A stretch of DNA of 55,005 nucleotides, the filler included, from Sphacelaria rigidula (lineage: Eukaryota), in the NCBI GenBank assembly GCA_964200075.2. It is 6 parts of 6 records of this genome, joined end to end, with 100 filler letters (N's around TTAATTAATTAA, not from the genome) between each part and the next. Parts side by side here need not be neighbours in the genome. Positions count along the whole stretch, not along the records: positions 9,187 to 18,271 come from CAXNAA020009342.1; positions 18,372 to 27,455 come from CAXNAA020009343.1; 4 more parts are not named here. The stretch is one strand, 5' to 3'. Every line of letters starts with the position of its first letter. Positions within the stretch are counted from its first letter, which is position 1. The notes beneath the pieces are model-generated. The model made no database searches and was not told where the DNA came from. It saw only the letters and a program-made list of their open reading frames with translations. The position numbers and the translations under genes are program-made. Below are positions 11,273-22,829 of this stretch, piece by piece.

Positions 11273-12683
11273 TGCAGACAGCCGTCAAAACTCTGTTTGC
11301 GTGCGCAAACATATTAAAATATATTCTTCTTGTAGTCACTCCGATGTGTTCGCGCCGACAGACAATTTGCTATGAGGGGAACGTACACGTAGCAACCACA
11401 GGGGCGCATGCAAAGATGTGACCCGACCCAACCCAGCCACACATAAACCTGAGAATCCCTCTGCCGCCGGCTGAATAAAAACGCACAGCTCGAGCGGTAG
11501 CCGTTGTAGCCGTTGACCAACTGGTATTGAGCTAGAAATTATATTTTCTGTTAGGACTCTGACCCTGACCTCGACGCAGGCAGGCCATGGACCCCAATTC
11601 ACCCTGAACCTCGTTCTAACCCTACCCTAACCTAACCCTAACCATGACTTCGACGAAGGCAAATCATGAACCCTCAGGTAACGGAGGGTTCACCCTACCT
11701 GCGCCGGTGGAATATTGCGTGATTTGTGTGGTTGGACAGGACGCTCTGCTATCTCGTTGCGCGGAGAGCCGTGGTTCGCTGTGAAGGAATGTGTCTTGGA
11801 ACTACACCCGGGATTGCCGGCTTCGGTTAACACGACCGCGTTGTGCAACGAACAGTGTTATTTGCGTCTGCGCTCCCCCCCCTACCCCCTGGTGGCGATA
11901 CCAGACAATAAAGCAACTCATTGTAGGCTGTCATCCAAACGCAAGATAATCAGTAGGCTTCGGGCCGAACAGTATTAGCACGATGCAGCTCACCCCTCAT
12001 GCGACTCGCCGAACACACCACGGCGCTTCCAGCTCGGTGATTGATGGCGAACCTGGTTCGGCGAAACCCGGCGTGCTCCGACCCGACTCTGTAGGGATAC
12101 GAGGTCAATGGTCTCATGACTACGGCGTACAAGATCATGAGTACACCCCCTGCTATCGTAGGATCATTCATGAGCGAATATCTTGACGTGAGTTGCTGCG
12201 TATGCCGCACCTGATGCGTACGAAATTAGGAAATATTTTGGAGCATTTCGTGCAGTCGTGGCGGGGGGGGTGGAAACGACTATTTGACGTGTGTCAATCT
12301 TGTACGAGAGAGTCGGGCGATGGGAAAGCAGGCTCTCGTACGAGTACATGTGCGTCGCTGTTTGGCTTCAACTAAACGAACTCGAAATATAAGGCCGAAT
12401 ACAACACCCCTCGTGGTGGCAAGTTTCCGACAACGTCTCGTTGGTTCATTTTTCGAAAACTATGTCGGATGTAAAATCCACGCAGCCTGTCGGAGCCTGA
12501 CGCTTTGACGAACTGTCGATAGTCATGTTGACTCCACCCATGCCAAAGCAAATTTTGATGCGTGGACGCACGAATATTCCCGCACTGAAGTTCCGAACAC
12601 CGTTCGCCGCCAGAGGTTTAACATTATTTGTCGTGCCCCCCTCCCCCCCCCTTATTTTCACGTCCCTCAATTTTTCATGACAG

Positions 12684-12782
12684 ATTTTGAACATCAAGAG
12701 TCAGCAGGGAGCGAGGAAGCCTCTGAGTCTCCTGTGCAAGGACATCTCTACTATGAGCACCTACGCCAACGGTATCGACAAG
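12684..12782 (+). CDS. Sua5/YrdC family (YciO-like) protein, internal exon
   Basis: ILNIKSQQGARKPLSLLCKDISTMSTYANGIDK resembles the YciO/plant YrdC-like 'KPLS.LC..LS....Y' segment. CAG acceptor, GTGTCT donor, 99 bp, phase 0/0. Confidence 0.8.
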
Positions 12783-13211
12783 GTGTCTTTTTTTGTGTTT
12801 CTTAGCGAGATTGGATGTCTGCGCGTGTGCCTCTTCGTCCATTCGTACGAGCGTGTGTTCTTTCGGCATTGTGAACCTCTGCCGTCGTACCTACTTGAAT
12901 GTTTCATGTACTTGCTTTGGTCGAAAAATTCCGGTAACGTTCATTTCAAACTTCTTGCGTTCTTTTCCGTATTTTTGTATGTACACTTTGGGTACCTTTG
13001 GGTATCTCCTTACTGTTCGTATGGAGACTGCAGGGGTCCTCTCGACGTTTGGTACACCCCCCGTTTTTGTGTCCCCCATTCTGATAAACATGGGGAAGAC
13101 AATCATGGATGGTGACAGGAGTGTAAGTTTGCACTGGCTGCCGTCGTCTTCGCGTTTTACCGAGAAAATTCGGCTCGCCCTTCCAAGGGTTTGTTGGGTA
13201 GAGTAAATACC

Positions 13212-13634
13212 AAGGGTTTACACGTTACACACGTGACACATTTGAAAAAAAACGGAAAGAACGTGACTCTGGGCCATTTCATTCTTCGTAGGGTTTGATT
13301 TTTTTGGACTGGACAAATGTAACGTGACGTGACGTAACGTGTTAACCTTGAAGCAGTGTCTCTTGGGATTTTCCAGCTGTAAAAAAAGGCTCTTGTTGTG
13401 AATGTTTTACATGACACGTGACACGTTATATATTCACGAAAACAAGCAGAGTTTCCGTCAGATTTGGAAAGAAAAACGTCATGTTAGGGTTCATCCGAAG
13501 GACCACACGTTACATCACGTTACGTGACATTTGTCCTGTCCAAAAAATCAAACCTTACGTAGCGTTAAATAACTTGAAGTTACGTTTTTTCGGATGTGTC
13601 TCGTAAAACGTCACGTGTAACGTGTATGTCCCTA
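13212..13634. mobile_element. MITE with long imperfect inverted repeats, in the YciO-like intron
   Basis: Ends AGGGTTTACACGTTACAC / GTGTAACGTGTATGTCCCT; 13287-13342 is the reverse complement of 13505-13560. Any TSD is degenerate. Confidence 0.75.
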
Positions 13635-15199
13635 ATATATGCCTGGGTATTTACTCTCGCAAATTTTGTGTTGCGATGGTCCGATCTCCAAACTTTATCC
13701 AAATATTGGGTATAGTCAGGTGCGACAGCAATGCTACGGTAGTGGTTACACTTTTTTCCCCCTGGGGCTTTCCTTCTTGTAGGAGCACAAATATATGGGG
13801 CTTACTGCGCAACACAAATCTTTGGGGACCCGACTAACAGGGGCCTTTTCGTGAATCGGCTCCATTTTCAGCCTTTTTCAAGTAAAAATGATGCCAATTC
13901 AAAAAATGATCCGTCCAACACCCCGAGCAGCCCCGAGAAACATTTCCGCTGAAAAAATGCAACCCCTACCGTAGCGACACTCACGATCGCAGCACTCTGG
14001 CTATTATCTTGTTATTGTTGAACATGATGTCAAAACTCCGCTCAATTTTTGGGTACTTCAAGAGTTCGACTTGTCAAAATATCGAAATGTAGAGCATACT
14101 CTACCCCCAACACACCCTTGCATTGATCTGAGACACAAAAATTGTTTTCCATGGCTCACCTGTATCGAAGCCGTCGTCTTCGATGGTGTATACTGCGGAC
14201 ATTGTTTTACCTCGGCCTCAATTTGACAAACAAGCGGTCTACGCAGGAATGTAGACACCTCGTGTTTCGACCGACACACGGCATAATACGTTCCGACCAT
14301 CACTCCTAAGCCCATCGGCTCGAGCTTGTCTTCAGGTTTCGAGACAAATATGGAGACTGTTGCTTCAGCACTCGGCACTCTAATCAAACTGACGAGAAGT
14401 GTCATCTTGCAAATCGTTTTGTTGCGTGTGACGTCTGCTGTTCAGGCGCATGACCACTCGCTGCTCAATGGGGACGAGGCACCATTCCAGCAAAAATAAT
14501 CGTTTCACAGGAGTTGGGCCGTTGTAGGAACTCGAACTTGGTCAGTAGCGTAACCATGGCTGCCGAGATACCATAAGATATTGGGGGCGCGCTCGATGCG
14601 GCGTGGGTTTCCTTGCATTCGTAACCCGTTCATAATTTTAAACTTGCATCATTTGGATGTACTGTAGGACTGCTGACACCACGAGAGCGAGCGTGTCACC
14701 GCTCCCATGCAAGAGACTGTTGCCAGGACGAGGTCGTTCTAGGAAGGCTACGGTAGTCTGTTACGGATTATCGTCATCATTGTCGAGATAGCGAAGAGTG
14801 CTTGGGGTAACCGCGGCGCTGCGTGCTCTTATGAACAGATTACGTTGACGCTTGTTGAGGTCGTCGAACAGCCCAGCCCATTTGGGTGAACATTTTATCG
14901 GTTATTTTTTTTTTTTAATTTTTCAATGAATCTACACGACGTGCGGTATGTTCCGCAAGGGTTTTCCGCAGGTATTGCGTGCGAGGGGAATCGTCGTCAC
15001 TAGCAGAGCCAGTTGTTCCTGAGGCGCAGTATACAGGTTCCGACGCAGTAGCTGATTCACAACATTTAGTCTATTACTGTCTGTGCATCCGCTCACACAC
15101 CCTTTTTGCGTACGTATATATATATATATATATATATATTTCTTTCGTACACACTTACGCGATTCCCCTGAACCTGCGGGGGGGTTTCGATCAAGGCAG

Positions 15200-15268
15200 G
15201 CGTTGTTCAAGACCATGAAGGCGGCGCTACCGGGACCTTTTACGTTCATCTTGCCGTCAAATAACCAG
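15200..15268 (+). CDS. Sua5/YrdC family (YciO-like) protein, next internal exon
   Basis: ALFKTMKAALPGPFTFILPSNNQ, the conserved 'LPGP(Y/F)TFIL' motif. CAG acceptor, GTGCGT donor; joins the 12684-12782 exon in frame. Confidence 0.82.
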
Positions 15269-16871
15269 GTGCGTGTTGCCTTTTTGCTCATTTTTTCATT
15301 TCAAAAATCGACCTGTGTAAGATGATGGTTCAACATTTACCGTAAGAGTTCGCAGAAAGTTTGAGAGAGCATCACTACACTTCGATCATGGAAACCCAAC
15401 ACGGTTTCATGTATGTAGATATACATATATATATATATATTATACATGAGCCGCACGGGACCCGGGGCTGCGCCCCGGTCCCGTCCGTCTTTTTCGCGGG
15501 TCTCGGTATTCTTGCCTTGCCAAGCCCTCGTGAGAATAGATCCTCTCTCGAAATATTCATGCCCGCCGGAAACGTTGCAGGACCACCGCGATCGCGCGTC
15601 CGTCCGAACGGTCGCGAACGCATGTGTACCCCCGCACAAAGTAAAACGCGAATCCGCTAACCGGGCCCCTAGCATTGGCATTGGCCCGAACAGTCATCTC
15701 CCGGGGCGGGTGCGGAGGAACTTGCACACTAAAATCAGCACTAAATCTCGTGGACGCCTCGTTACGAAGTATGCTTGACGCTCGTGAGTTCGAAATATTC
15801 TATATAATATATACTATACCTATACCTACGTTGTCATTTGTTTTTGTCAACACGCTTTCCACTCCCTCCCTTATCCCGGGGCGAGTCCGTGGTCTCAAGG
15901 GATCAAATGACATCTCTCCCCGGGCACAGCTCGTGCCTTCGCATTTTGGTATCGCGGAATGGAGCATCAGCACTGCCGTGCCGTGGCGACTCTCGTCAAG
16001 CAAAGTGTCTTTGCTACTCACCCTCTCACGCTTTCACCGTCAGAAATCATATACTTTTCAGGCAGAAGGAAACCCGTTTTGCATATGCCCGGATCCGAAC
16101 CCTCACTCTTCGACCCTAACCGCGGGGCGGTACCTGTTGAACACAACCGAACAGCATGTGGTCGAGGATCGACGGACACGAGACGTTACTTGTACGCGAC
16201 TGCAGTGCCTACTACTAGAGCTCACGATGCTGAAAGCTTTAGATGGCGTGTACAGTCATCGGTTACGTCATGCGCACCAATGTTTATGTCTGCTGTCCCT
16301 TCGATCTTTCTTCGGGCGGTTTGAGGACACCAGGAGCGGTATATGTTTCATGTTTTGAACCGTCTGCACGACAGCGACCTCCCTTCTCCCCCCTTCTCCC
16401 CCCTTCTCCTCCTTCCTCCCCCCCCCAAATAACATTAAACGAAGCCGATACGCCGCGTCTGGTCCTGGCTTTTTTCTTGTGCGTTGATCATATTCCTTGT
16501 CAGGCTCGACGAGGCAGTGCGTGCCCATAGAAATACGCGGGATGACTATTCCTGGACCAGAACAGGTACAAGGAAAAGAGATAAGAATGTCCCCGATGGT
16601 GTTTTTGGTCGGCCAGAATCGGCGGCCTGGACTACGTCGCAAGATTTCGCGACGGTTCCCACGCCATCGGCCAGAAAAATGGTGAGAAAGCTCGGATCTT
16701 GTCATGCATAAGAGTACAACTGTTGCTGTAGTCCGAAGTATTGGGAACGGTATCGGGAATAGTGTTTTCGGTAGCAACAGTAGTAATAGTAATAGTGATG
16801 TAGTCGAGGATGTTTCTCCCATGTTTTTTTTGTTAGCACTTTTTCTTATTGATTGATTCATTGTCCCACTT

Positions 16872-17130
16872 TAACTGATCCCCCAAGGGATCCAGCCGCG
16901 GTCTCATGATAGACGTATCCAAGATAAACGAAGCTGAAACACGCTGTGAAGAAAAGAAGGAGCAGAAAAAAACAGGTCGAACAGAACGACATTACAGACT
17001 AAGTCGTAACAATATATATATATATATATATATATTAAAAAGTCAACACAAGCAAAGCACAGAAAGAAATGGCCGCCCTAAAACAAAAAAAGAAGGAAAA
17101 GAAGAGGAAAGTACAGAGGAAATAAAATAA
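16872..17130 (-). mobile_element. Short 3'-end copy related to the RTE LINE tail
   Basis: TAACTGATCCCC...GATCCAGCCG terminus shared with the LINE end at 9380. Confidence 0.5.
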
Positions 17131-18271
17131 AATACATCATTCTCCTGTTTTTTTTTTGCTTTTTGCTTTTTGGAGTCTCGGAGTAGGAACCGCTCCTGGA
17201 GTGATTCTATCTCATCAAAGGGGTGGTTGTGACGGTACTGGGAAGGCGAATGTACATCTGTAACCACGGGTTCGAGAGATCGAGTTGAACCTTTTGGGAC
17301 TGGGCCTCCAGAACAACCAATAAGGCTTGTGAGGAAGGACGCGTCTGGCGTCTGCACGAAAAGTAGCTTCATCTTGCTCAAAATCCACGTATGTAACCGC
17401 AGAGTTCGGAGGGAGATCGAGAGTTTCATCCAATCTAGACTCAGGTGCAGGTGTGCAAGTACAGACTGTAATTCGGGTGGGGTGCGTATCAGTTAATGTA
17501 CAGATGTATCAAGCAGTATGGGTCGCCGTAGAGAGCTTTCAACAGGATGCGGCGACCGGCGGGCCACCCGCCACTTGTGGCTTTGGATGATACTGTTGTC
17601 CCCATCACCTCGCCACAAAACCCTTTGTGATAGGAGTTGGCCGTGATTTCCCTCTTTATTCCAAGCGGCAAACTCCCTTTGAGGGGCATGGGCATTGCTA
17701 CGCACAGCCAGTATAGTACAGTGCGCCTCTCCGACTGCAGCAGCAGCTGTCGCTACATACTCCCTTACACGTTCTTCGCAGTTCACCGCGACGGAGATCA
17801 GCTGCCTATACACAGCTTGTTCGTTCCCGTCAACTACATACGACCTCACTGCATGCTGTACAGCCTCAGTACGGGGATACGCAGAACTCATGACTGTAGC
17901 TCCGTCTCTCGTTCCATGGCGTTGCTAGATTCAGTCGCCTTGTGAAGATGTTCACATATATAGTAGGGTACATTTTTCCCGTGTTTCCCCCGAGCACCAT
18001 ATGTTAGTGTAATTACTACGTTTTACTATAGGATGGTGACCCCAAAATAATTGGGGGGATCAGGGGAGGACCTATATAAAATGCAAGTATATGGCAAAAA
18101 ATCGGGAAAGAGAGCCCCGACCATCGCGGCTTTCTTTTGCTTCGAAGGCTTTTTGTGGATCAGGGACAGGGTACACACAAACTCGGTAGTGACATCACTC
18201 CCGGCGACAGCCCCCCCCCGCCCCCCCCCCCCCCGGCCCCCTCCTGGGGCGAGGACCCAAGCGAGAGGGGC

Positions 18272-18371
18272 NNNNNNNNNNNNNNNNNNNNNNNNNNNNN
18301 NNNNNNNNNNNNNNNTTAATTAATTAANNNNNNNNNNNNNNNNNNNNNNNNNNNNNNNNNNNNNNNNNNNN
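18272..18371. other. Artificial contig linker
   Basis: N44-TTAATTAATTAA-N44. Confidence 0.98.
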
Positions 18372-19253
18372 GATATGCCACTTCAGCCCCATATTTTGTT
18401 TGAACCCCAAAATATAAAATCGGCTGTTTATAGGTGCCGGGGCATGCGTTGAAATGCCGAGCATACGTTCCCAATGATGGCACGATACGACGTTGAACCT
18501 CTATGTGATTGGTGCAACTTTGCGCCGAAGTTTCGAACAAAAAAGGCGATACTATTATTTTGGAGCTTTTCGGTAGAAATCAGATTGAGGAAAATGAGGT
18601 GAAACAATTGGAAACATGAATGACGTCGACCCATCAGGTTGGAACTTCACCATTCCGCCGGTTCTCGTCGCTGAAAATGTTGCCAGTAGACACGTCTTTC
18701 TTAGATTGGCATGTTTTATGTGAAACGGAACCACTCCATACAGAGACGTTGAAAATGGGAATTTAAAAATACAGGGAGAAAGGAGGAATTCTGCGGAAAG
18801 AACAGACACAGACGCCGAATTAATTACTGGCTAATAGGGACCAATCTCGAGAAGGATCACCAAGACTCCGCCAGTGCTCCAGGCGCGAAGCCGCACAAGA
18901 ATCACTACCGTGGGAGCTCAATTCCGCTGAGCTGTCAAGCAACCACAATATTCAGCACGAACCATCAACCACAGAGTAACAAAAATGAGGAATAAGTTTC
19001 AACCCGGCCCCAAAACCGCAAACTCCTTCAACATGGTAAGGAATTATACGGGAAACTACCATCTCCAGGAAACACCGCTGGTTGTAGCTCTTCTGCCGTG
19101 AGTCCCTAGCACCTCATTCGAAGGGCTGGACGGAGCGGAGCGGGGCATGGCAAAAACCCCACAGAGGACAAACCACGCACTACTCGTAAACTTCCACCTG
19201 CCGGCGGAAAAACCAAGTGAACTTCACAACCCGAAGCAACATAGAGAAATCGC

Positions 19254-20039
19254 CTACACCCAAGCGACCCCCGCCATTCTCAATGCCTCCGACATCAAAT
19301 TATCTATTCTCTTGTCGACTCTCCTCTCGCCGTTGTGGCCTAAGTCTATTCGATTTTCGAGCATCGTCACTCTTTCCCCCGTGCACACACCGAGAGTGTC
19401 CCAATACAACAATTGTTCGGTACCATCACTCAACTGCTGATAGTCCGACTGATCGGAAGTGTTCGATCCGTTGTGCGACGATGACGATGGCGATGATCTT
19501 GGCTGTTGCCCAGGAGGCGGCACGTTTTGAGTTAACGGTGAGGATTGCTGGGCTACTGGCGGCGATGGAGATCCCGAAGTCACTTTCAGATCACGGTCCG
19601 GCAGAGTGCACACAATCAATCGGCCCTGGCCATCAGGCGGCGGGAAGCTGTACCTGCCTCCGGAAGCTAGAGTCGCTGTCGAAAGCAACCAGGACCACGG
19701 CGGCAGTGTCCTGTCGATGTTCCTCTCCCCCTCTACTCTTGCCGTGACATTGAGGGCCGACAACTCTCTAGCGCCGGATCTACCCTCGTGCGTCAAGGCA
19801 GCGACAGGTAGAAGGACGAGAAACATTGGGTATTTTGTCGCGTTGTAAACTTGAACCGTGTTGCTCCATGGCTGTCGAACTTTAGAGTACGAGTCCTTAT
19901 ACGTACGCATTCCCCAGCCATAGGATGAGAAGTGCCATATCTTCACCCGGAGGCATGTCGCGCCTTGATCGTCCCATATAACGGAAACATCCGTTGGGGC
20001 CATCTGCTCCCACGGACCTCCTTCGTCCTTAATGAATAT
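19254..20039 (-). CDS. Large terminal exon (261 aa): ZU5-like C-terminal part with HF|S motif plus an unknown C-terminal domain
   Basis: Stop-free for 786 bp with protein-like composition. CAG acceptor at 20040-20042. IFIKDEGGPWEQM...CLRVKIWHFSSYGW resembles the recalled PIDD ZU5 end (W..I......ARFQVTHFSWYW). Confidence 0.62.
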   Translation of the reverse strand: MFIKDEGGPWEQMAPTDVSVIWDDQGATCLRVKIWHFSSYGWGMRTYKDSYSKVRQPWSNTVQVYNATKYPMFLVLLPVAALTHEGRSGARELSALNVTARVEGERNIDRTLPPWSWLLSTATLASGGRYSFPPPDGQGRLIVCTLPDRDLKVTSGSPSPPVAQQSSPLTQNVPPPGQQPRSSPSSSSHNGSNTSDQSDYQQLSDGTEQLLYWDTLGVCTGERVTMLENRIDLGHNGERRVDKRIDNLMSEALRMAGVAWV

Positions 20040-20159
20040 CTGCTCGAATAAATGGTTCGTGAGCACGTGCCGTGCGGGCCAAACGCCGTGAGAACAAACG
20101 CTGGTTCATGCACGTGATGAGGTCATCTTCGAATGCTACTCACAAGGATTTTGATTTCT

Positions 20160-20450
20160 GCTGTCCGGTTCGAGGGTGGCCATGTGATACTTGCCGACAG
20201 TTCAGAGATAGTCAAACGAGATTTCCACCTTCACCGTCACAATATAATCATGAGAGATTTGTGTACGGTTCAGAGGTGGGCACCTCAGGTTTTCAAATTT
20301 ACCGTCCGGTTCAGAGATGGTCACGTGAAACTTAGAACTGCTTCAGAGATAGGCCTGTCAATTTTTTATGGTTGCTGTCTGGTTCAGAGATGATCATGTG
20401 AGACGTGTGCCCTGGCTTAGACATGGTCATGCGAGTTTACTTTTGGCATA
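20160..20450. repeat. Degenerate tandem repeat with core GGTTCAGAGATGGTCATGTGA
   Basis: About 6-7 diverged copies spaced ~30-70 bp. Confidence 0.6.
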
Positions 20451-22186
20451 GCTGATCATGTGTGTTTCGGGTGACCACTCGGCTTTCCATACCAACGGGG
20501 TCTGCCAATTCCGTTGTATGCAATACACATCAAAAAATCAAAATATCGCCAACATCATCGTCAAATGCGGTCTCGGGCAACTGCCACGTGCCACAACGAT
20601 CCATCTTTCAATCGAGTTTGTGCCGTAACACCTGCCGAAGACGAAACCATTCGCAGCCTTGGAGTTTAGAAAATAGATCAGAGAGTTTCGAAAACGAAAA
20701 ATCGGCCGGAAAACTCAGGGTTAGGGTTTAGAATTTAGGATTTCAGGCTAGGATATGACGAATTCTCCTGATTAAACCCCGAAATGTGAACCCTGAAAAG
20801 AGACTTGCACAGCAGCACAGGATTAATTTGCGAAAATTCAAATAAACCCTGAGTTGCGCAACAACACCCCGAAGCGTTGGTGCCCAACTCAGGGTTAGGA
20901 AACGGAACTAGACACCCTGCCCCATAATGACCAAGGTTACAGAACACAGCCGTAGGACAAATCGTAAGTGAGGCGATGGCGGATGCCGTGAACGCACGCG
21001 ACAGCGCTGGCGATAGCATCTCGTTTACGAGGGTGACCCGAGAAACCGAGGAAGACTTCAGAGGCGAGCGGGGCAGCCGAGACACCAGTCGACCTCGCTC
21101 ATGATGACGTGAAATGGCGGAGCCGGCCTCTCAAGCAGCTGCCACAAGGACTCGACAAAATAGCCACTCAACGTGAAGTTGCGTGAGCTCGCGCAGGTAT
21201 ACCACAGTTGGGTGGCCATTTTGTCAAAGTCCTCGTAGCGGCTGCATGAGTGGCCTACTACCGCCCTTCCGCGTCATCTATAGCCAGGTCGACAAGTCTC
21301 TCTGTTCCCCCGTGCGCCCCCACGCAGCTAGGATTACTGCGTATAGTGAACCTTTATCGAGAACGCCTGTACTTTCTCAAAATATGAAAACGCATACATG
21401 TATGTGCACACTTGTTCTATAAACAGTAATACAGTACAGAAGACTTACTAGAGGTATTTCCAACTCGGCATGCGGTATCCTGGTATAACATTTGGCTCTT
21501 TCCCTCTCGGAACAGATTTAAGGGTGTCTCGGGAACCCGGTGGAGTTATATCAAACTGGGTTCTTACACTATCTTCACTTGAAAAATGAATGTGAGCCGC
21601 ACCATCCCGTCGCACAAGCTCTGCACCCATCACACGCACATCCCTGCTGCATTGCATCGCCCCCCCGGTCTGTTCATCATTCATTTTCACGCAAAAAGTG
21701 TGACAGTGCAACACGGATGACCCTGCGGGTTACAGTGTAGATAGGTCGAGACAAATCCGATCTAAAACGGACAGTACTGCAGTACTATGCTGTTTAGTAT
21801 CGTACGGCGTTGTCATCTATTCCCCCCTCCTTGCGCTCCGTCCCGGCAGTGCAGGGATGCGAGGTCAATGGTCTTATGACTATGGCATGCATGATCATGA
21901 GTACACCCCCTCCTTGCGTTCGTTCCGTTTGTCTACGGGTATCACCGGGGATAAGATTACACCAAACCCTTCGACAACGTCACCTCTTCCTGCCTCCAGT
22001 TGCAAAAGTGAGTTGCAAAATTGAATCCGTCGAATGCCACGATGGGAAGTCATTTCTGAAGTAAGATATCACGCCCAAAGAACACAAATGACCCATTCTG
22101 AGGGTAGCTGTCGTTTGTATAGATAGACAAAGGCAAAGTATACCGTACAATACAGTACGATACAGTGCGGTACAAGTACAGTACAC

Positions 22187-22441
22187 TTTTATCTTCTCTG
22201 TGCCACCTGCTGCATTCCTTCCTTCTTCGTCCATGGGTATCACCACGTACATCGGGTCAATGGTTCGATGAGCGTCACCTCGTCCTCAAGCCAGCTCCAA
22301 AAGTGACACTTCATCGCCAGCTTGGGCAATCGGCGTCCTGTGTTCATTTTTCAAGTCAAACTCTCTCGAGATTGTCGCCTCTCCCCACAACCGGCTGCAA
22401 AGTTCAACCCTTCGACCTTGCTTCGACTCCAGATAAGCCAT
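22187..22441 (-). pseudogene. Probable upstream exon of the ZU5-like gene, containing an in-frame TGA (22286-22288)
   Basis: 255 bp, CAG acceptor, weak GTGTAC donor, phase 0/0. MAYLESKQGRRVEL...EVSLLELA*GRG..DPMYVVIP...KIK fits the ZU5 N-terminal/central pattern. Confidence 0.45.
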
Positions 22442-22467
22442 CTGGGTTGAAGGTGGCCCTCTTGGGG

Positions 22468-22572
22468 TCAACCTTTCGACCGCGAGGGTGTTGCATCTGG
22501 ATCATACACTCTTTTTCAAGCGAAATTGATGCCCAGTCAACAGATGACCTACTCTTGCTGTGTGAGAGTTGA
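22468..22572. mobile_element. ~100-bp piggyBac-like MITE copy
   Basis: TCAA-CCTTTCGACCGCGAGGG...-TTGA; internal TTTTCAAGCGAAATTGATGCC shared with the 25641 and 26178 copies. Confidence 0.55.
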
Positions 22573-22829
22573 GCGTGTACAAAGAAAATCGGAATTCTAG
22601 TAGGGCGAACAGTCCAGTGTGCTCCTCGCGTGGGCAGAACGCGTTTTCGTTCAAACCCCTACCAATGCCACCCCCTGCCTAGGAAATGTATGTACCATCC
22701 TTGCCCGAGGGTTCTCGGTATGCGTTCGGTTGGGGTTAGGATTAGGGGTAGCGATACCTGTAAAATGTGCAAGGGGAGGTAGAGAAGGGTATACTCAATA
22801 CTCGGAGCTTTTCGAAGAGTCATAATTAT

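Noticed and set aside
11614-11643. Telomere (CCCTAA-like) tract; similar short tracts at ~20716-20730 and ~22731-22750
   Set aside because: Only 2-5 imperfect units, internal to contigs and embedded in repeat-like sequence; not a chromosome end.
548-22441. Functional cluster of nitrilase, YciO-like and ZU5-like genes
   Set aside because: The genes are on three different contigs joined artificially.
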